NCBI GenBank assembly: GCA_965644315.1 | Contig: CBFFRQ010000057.1 | Location: 1 to 64,000, forward strand | From: Caecitellus pseudoparvulus | Taxonomy: Eukaryota > Protista > Bigyra: Bicosoecida | Length of the DNA: 64,000 bases | Reading direction: 5' to 3' | Notes under the pieces: generated by a model | The model's input: the letters and a program-made list of their open reading frames with translations, nothing else | Database searches by the model: none | What the model was told of the DNA's origin: nothing | Position numbers and translations under genes: made by a program | Shown here: positions 60,243-64,000 of the stretch, one piece after another | Numbering within the stretch: the first letter of the stretch is position 1 | How the letters are laid out: the number at the start of each line of letters is the position of its first letter

Positions 60243-61249
60243 ATGCCGTTGCCCGCATACCAGCAGGCCCCCTGGGCTCTGCAGCTCATGTTGAGCCTGT
60301 TGACTACGTTGATGACCCTTCCTTTGTCAATCTTCACGCTGGTCTATGACTTGGTGGCACCCCCCAAGCCTGCTCCCAAAGCCAAGGTCGGCAGCTGCCT
60401 GTCCACACAGCGCCCAAGACAGCCTGGCAGCACTTTGCCCCACGCCACCTCCATGCACAGACCATCCTCATCACTGGGGCCTCCTCTGGCATCGGCCGCG
60501 CCCTCGCCGTCGAGTACGCCGCGCCTGGCGTCACCCTCCTGCTCACTGGGCGCAATGAGGACAGGCTGTCTGGCGTGCAGGCGGACTGCGAGAGCCGGGG
60601 GGCGCAGGTGGTGCTTAAGGCGCTGGACGTGACGGATCGCGCTGCTACGGAGGCGTGGGTGTCGGCGATGGACGGGGAGCACTGCGTGGACATGGTGGTG
60701 GCGAACGCCGGCGTGTCTGGCAGCACTGCTGGCGTGGAGCCGGACGACGTGGCAGACCTCACCCGGAAGGTGTTCGCGGCCAACGTGGACGGCGTGTTCA
60801 ACACCGTCTTGCCGCTGGTGGCGCCCATGAAGGCTCGTGGGGCAGGGCAGATCGTGCTGATGGCATCGCAGGCCAGCTTCGCGCCCATGAATTCGTTCGC
60901 TTACAACGGCAGCAAGGCCGCGGTGCGTTTTTGGGGGGAGGGCCTGCGGCAGGACCTGGCCGCATGGGGTGTGGCTGTGAATGTGGTGTGCCCGGGCTTC
61001 GTGCGGTCGCCCATGACGGACATGAACAGCTTCGCCATGCCAGGCATGGTGGAGATGCCGGAGGCTGTGGAAGCCATTGCAGCCGGGCTCAGCCGCAACG
61101 ACGCCATCATCAGCTTCCCAGCCATCACGTACGTGGCAGCAGGTTTCATGGGGTCACTTTCCGGGACTGTGCGCGATGCTATGGCCCGAGCACGCATCTC
61201 GCCAGCCCTGAAGGCGCGCAAGTCAACCAAACCACGCACAAGCAAGTGA
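60243..61249 (+). CDS. Short-chain dehydrogenase/reductase, copy 2 (tandem paralog)
   Basis: Intron 60387-60460 at the same position as in copy 1; TGASSGIG, NAG, YNGSK, PGFVRSPMT. Confidence 0.92.
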
Positions 61250-61480
61250 ACGTTGGCCGCCCCAATTCACTGCACGGCGCCGCGCCACTTTCAACACACC
61301 CTCAGCTCTTTCATCACACTCCTAGGATAAGCCTAGGACCGCCCCCCTCTGACCCTGAAGGCTTTGTGGGGCTTGTTTGATTCGCGTCTGTGCTCAGCAG
61401 TGCTTGTGTCGCAGCAACCTCAGACAGCAGACATCACGGGCTGTCGGCTTTGAGTTGTGGTCAGGCGAACCCGTAACTTC

Positions 61481-63209
61481 ATGGCCATGCTTCGAATCAA
61501 GAAGATGTTTGTGTCCCGCATCGGGTGCGTTGTGTGCCCGCCCGCGCCCTTGGCTGCAGGGGTGCAGGCTGGCTTGCAGAGCGGCAGGCGCTGAGAAACC
61601 TCACACTGCGGCACTTGTCCCTGCACGTGCACCTTTCAGGAACACAAAGCTTGGGCGTGAGGAAGTGCACAAGCGTCTGGGCGAAGACGCCCAGACAATC
61701 GTGGATTCCATGATGTCCTGCACCGAGAAGTGTGCGTGCTGTGTGTGCGGAGGGTAGCGTTTCGGCTTCCTCATGAGCAGGCCCGCTGCCCGCCCGCAGT
61801 TGCTGGCGAGGAGCTCGCAGACGACTTCAACAAGGACCTTATCAAGCTGGTGCTGAAGGTGGGATTCATGTGGCAGGAGAAGCAGCTGACAGAGGAGGTA
61901 AGCCGCCGTTCCTTTGCCTCTGCAGGGAGTCCAGCTGCCGCCCAGCTGGCCCGTCTTGGATGCCCCCTCCATACTGTTGCCCGTGCAGGACGTGGAGCCA
62001 GCGAGGGACTGCAGCACGAGCCTGGCCCAGACGCTGATGGAGTACTTGTCCCGGCCCCCCGGGGAGATTGACTGCACGGACGTGTGTCACATGATCCACG
62101 AGGTGAAGGATGCCGTTATTCCCATCGTGCAGCCACACATGACTGAGAAGAACTGGAGTAAAATCGGCATTTTGGCGGGGTTCTATGGCTCCCATGAGTT
62201 TGCCTCTTTCTTCCTGAACGATCCAGACGTCGCTGAGGAGCGTGCGGCGTTCCTGAGCGTGCTGCAGACGCAGCTCCCGGAGGCTGCTAGGCGGCAGGTG
62301 TGCTCCGTCGTCGGCTGCTTTCTGCCGCGCTGCACCATGCCCGGCTCCCTGTACTGTTTCCCACACCACGCTGTGAAGTTCCAGGCGCCCCCCACTCTGG
62401 ATGACTTCCTGCGCAACTCGCACTACTGCGCCCTCCTGCGGGAGTGGATGGTCACACAGCAACCCGCCTCCATGCCCCTGCTCGAGTTCTACTTCAAAGC
62501 AGAAGACTACGCCGAGGTACGGTCACGCCAGACACTGGCCGCGCGTGCACCCACCCTATGGCGCAAGTACCTCGCCTCGACAGCTTCCACCCGCGCGCCG
62601 CTGGGAGACTTTGACGGCGACGCAGAGCTGCGAAGCGCCCTGGAAGCCATCAAGGCTGTGTTGGACGGAAGCACGCCGCCGAAAGCCACCCTCTTTGCTG
62701 AAGTGCAAGCCAGGGCGCACGCAGCTCTGGAGGAGGTGTTCCAGGGGCCCTTCAAGGCCAGTGACGCGTATGCTGCGTGGGCGGAGGTGAACACTGGCTT
62801 GCCTCTGCCCCAGGTTCCTGCAACGCGTGCGGCGTTGCTGGAACAGCTGGGAATTTCTCAGGAATCTGCCTATGGCATCCTGGCTGCAGCGCCAGGGACG
62901 GCTTCGGAGGCAGGCGCGACAGCTGCCCCGGCAGCAGCAGCAGGAGGCGAAGCAGGCGCCGGCAGCACGAGCCTGGCGAGCGCCTTCCTCACCACTGCCG
63001 AAAAGGGAGGCACTGGAGCAGATAGCAGTGTATCAGCGACGTATGCTGGGATGGCTTCTACCGCCGACGTGCACATCATGGCTGGGGGGTACTCCGGTGG
63101 CGCTGCGGCTGCTGAAGAGGGTCCGGGGGGGGGCGCCGCTCCCAGTGAACCTGTGTCGGAGGGTGCTGCTTCAAAAGCCCCCACAAGCGCAACCACCTTT
63201 GATGAATGA
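61481..63209 (+). CDS. TNFAIP8/TIPE-like domain + CCCH-type Zn motif + RGS domain fusion protein (~484 aa)
   Basis: Exons 61481-61524, 61640-61731, 61800-61897, 61989-63209. TIPE-like KDLIKLVLKVGFMWQEKQLTEED and IVQPHMTEKNWSKI..FYGSHEF; CSVVGC..YCFPHH; RGS TLDDFLRN..LLEFYFKAEDY..LWRKYL..LFAEVQ..GPFKASDAY. Confidence 0.85.
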
Positions 63210-63300
63210 AACAGCCCCCTGCTCCCCGTCTCCGTGGTCTCGTAGGCACGCTTGCTTGGCACTTGGAGAGGTGCGGTATTTGGTCCCCCTCGCCAGCAGC

Positions 63301-64000
63301 ATGACGACCAGCTTCGTCGACAGCAGCGGCGCGCCTCGCCAGCAGGCTGTACACCTCATGCCCTTCTTTGTGGATCATGATGGCCACCACCCTGCGCTTG
63401 TTGGTGGCTTCCCTCACAAGCAGACCGGTGAGCAGTTCTGTCTGAGCAGCGTGGCGGGCGCATTTGAAGCGAATCCAAAGCCACATGACCCCCTCGAGCC
63501 TGTTTCGCAGACGGTGGGGATTTGACGGCGAAGTTTCGCGGCAGAGAGCTCACGGCAAGCCGTGTTGCGCTTCCAGAAGGCGCACAGGGCCGTGTTCTGG
63601 CGCTCTCCAAGGCGCCTGCTGCTCCTCGCCCAAGCAAGAGCTCAGCTGCTGCAAAGAAAGGAAGCTGGCGGAAGCTGCGAGGGCGTGGGAGGTCTGCGTG
63701 GAGTGACGAGAGCGATTCTGGCGAGGAGGGCGCGGAGGCATCTGTGGATGCCGCGCCAGCTGCCGTGGCATCGCTGGCTGACCGCCTGCAAGCCGCCCTT
63801 CGCCCGGACATGGCTTGGGCAAGCGAAACATCTTTCACCACAGTCAACCAATGGTGCGTGCCCGTGCGCACACAGGACGGACGAACAACCTCATGTTCCT
63901 CCCTCGCCCACCCCTTTCGCAGGTTGTGGGATCAAGAGCCTCACGGGAGCGACCATATTCAGCAGTGCGTGACCTGGGTTGGTGTGGCAGGTGCGCTGGC
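63301..64000 (+). CDS. RNASEH2C: Ribonuclease H2 subunit C (3' end beyond right edge)
   Basis: Introns 63428-63510 and 63854-63922 give VHLMPFFVDHDG..AKFRGRELTASRVALPEGAQGRVL..FTTVNQWLWDQEPHGSDHIQQCVTWVGVA, matching the HLLP, FRGR and W..D..P...W motifs of the family. Confidence 0.85.

Noticed and set aside
39371-64000. Prokaryotic operon reading of the co-oriented run
   Set aside because: Genes have spliceosomal introns and eukaryote-specific domains.

Overview
GC-rich (~65-70%), very gene-dense eukaryotic DNA, probably a protist; the lineage cannot be fixed from sequence alone. I reconstruct 14 protein-coding genes by hand, most with short (65-117 nt) GT-AG introns near their 5' ends, so many ORF-track starts are wrong. 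In order: a secreted Cys-rich/Ig-like surface protein (minus strand, absent from the ORF track, running off the left edge); a small membrane protein; a ~4230-aa MIB/HERC2-UBA-HECT E3 ligase; a two-RRM protein; a ~3430-aa coiled-coil protein with an 81-bp tandem array and an unrecognised 4-copy Trp/Gly module; TTC27/Emw1; a PDZ-coiled-coil-PH protein; then eight co-oriented plus-strand genes (MBOAT acyltransferase, small coiled-coil protein, giant ferlin, MORN+XK-like membrane protein, two tandem SDRs, a TNFAIP8/TIPE-Zn finger-RGS fusion, and RNase H2 subunit C, truncated at the right edge). Most notable: (1) a ferlin with an N-terminal PH domain whose C-terminal transmembrane anchor appears replaced by a CaaX box (CSIM); (2) the TIPE-RGS fusion; (3) the MORN-XK scramblase-like fusion; (4) these sit together in a compact block enriched for phospholipid-handling genes. 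No rRNA, tRNA, CRISPR or intact mobile element was seen. All domain calls are motif recognition by eye, not database results, and all introns are predicted.
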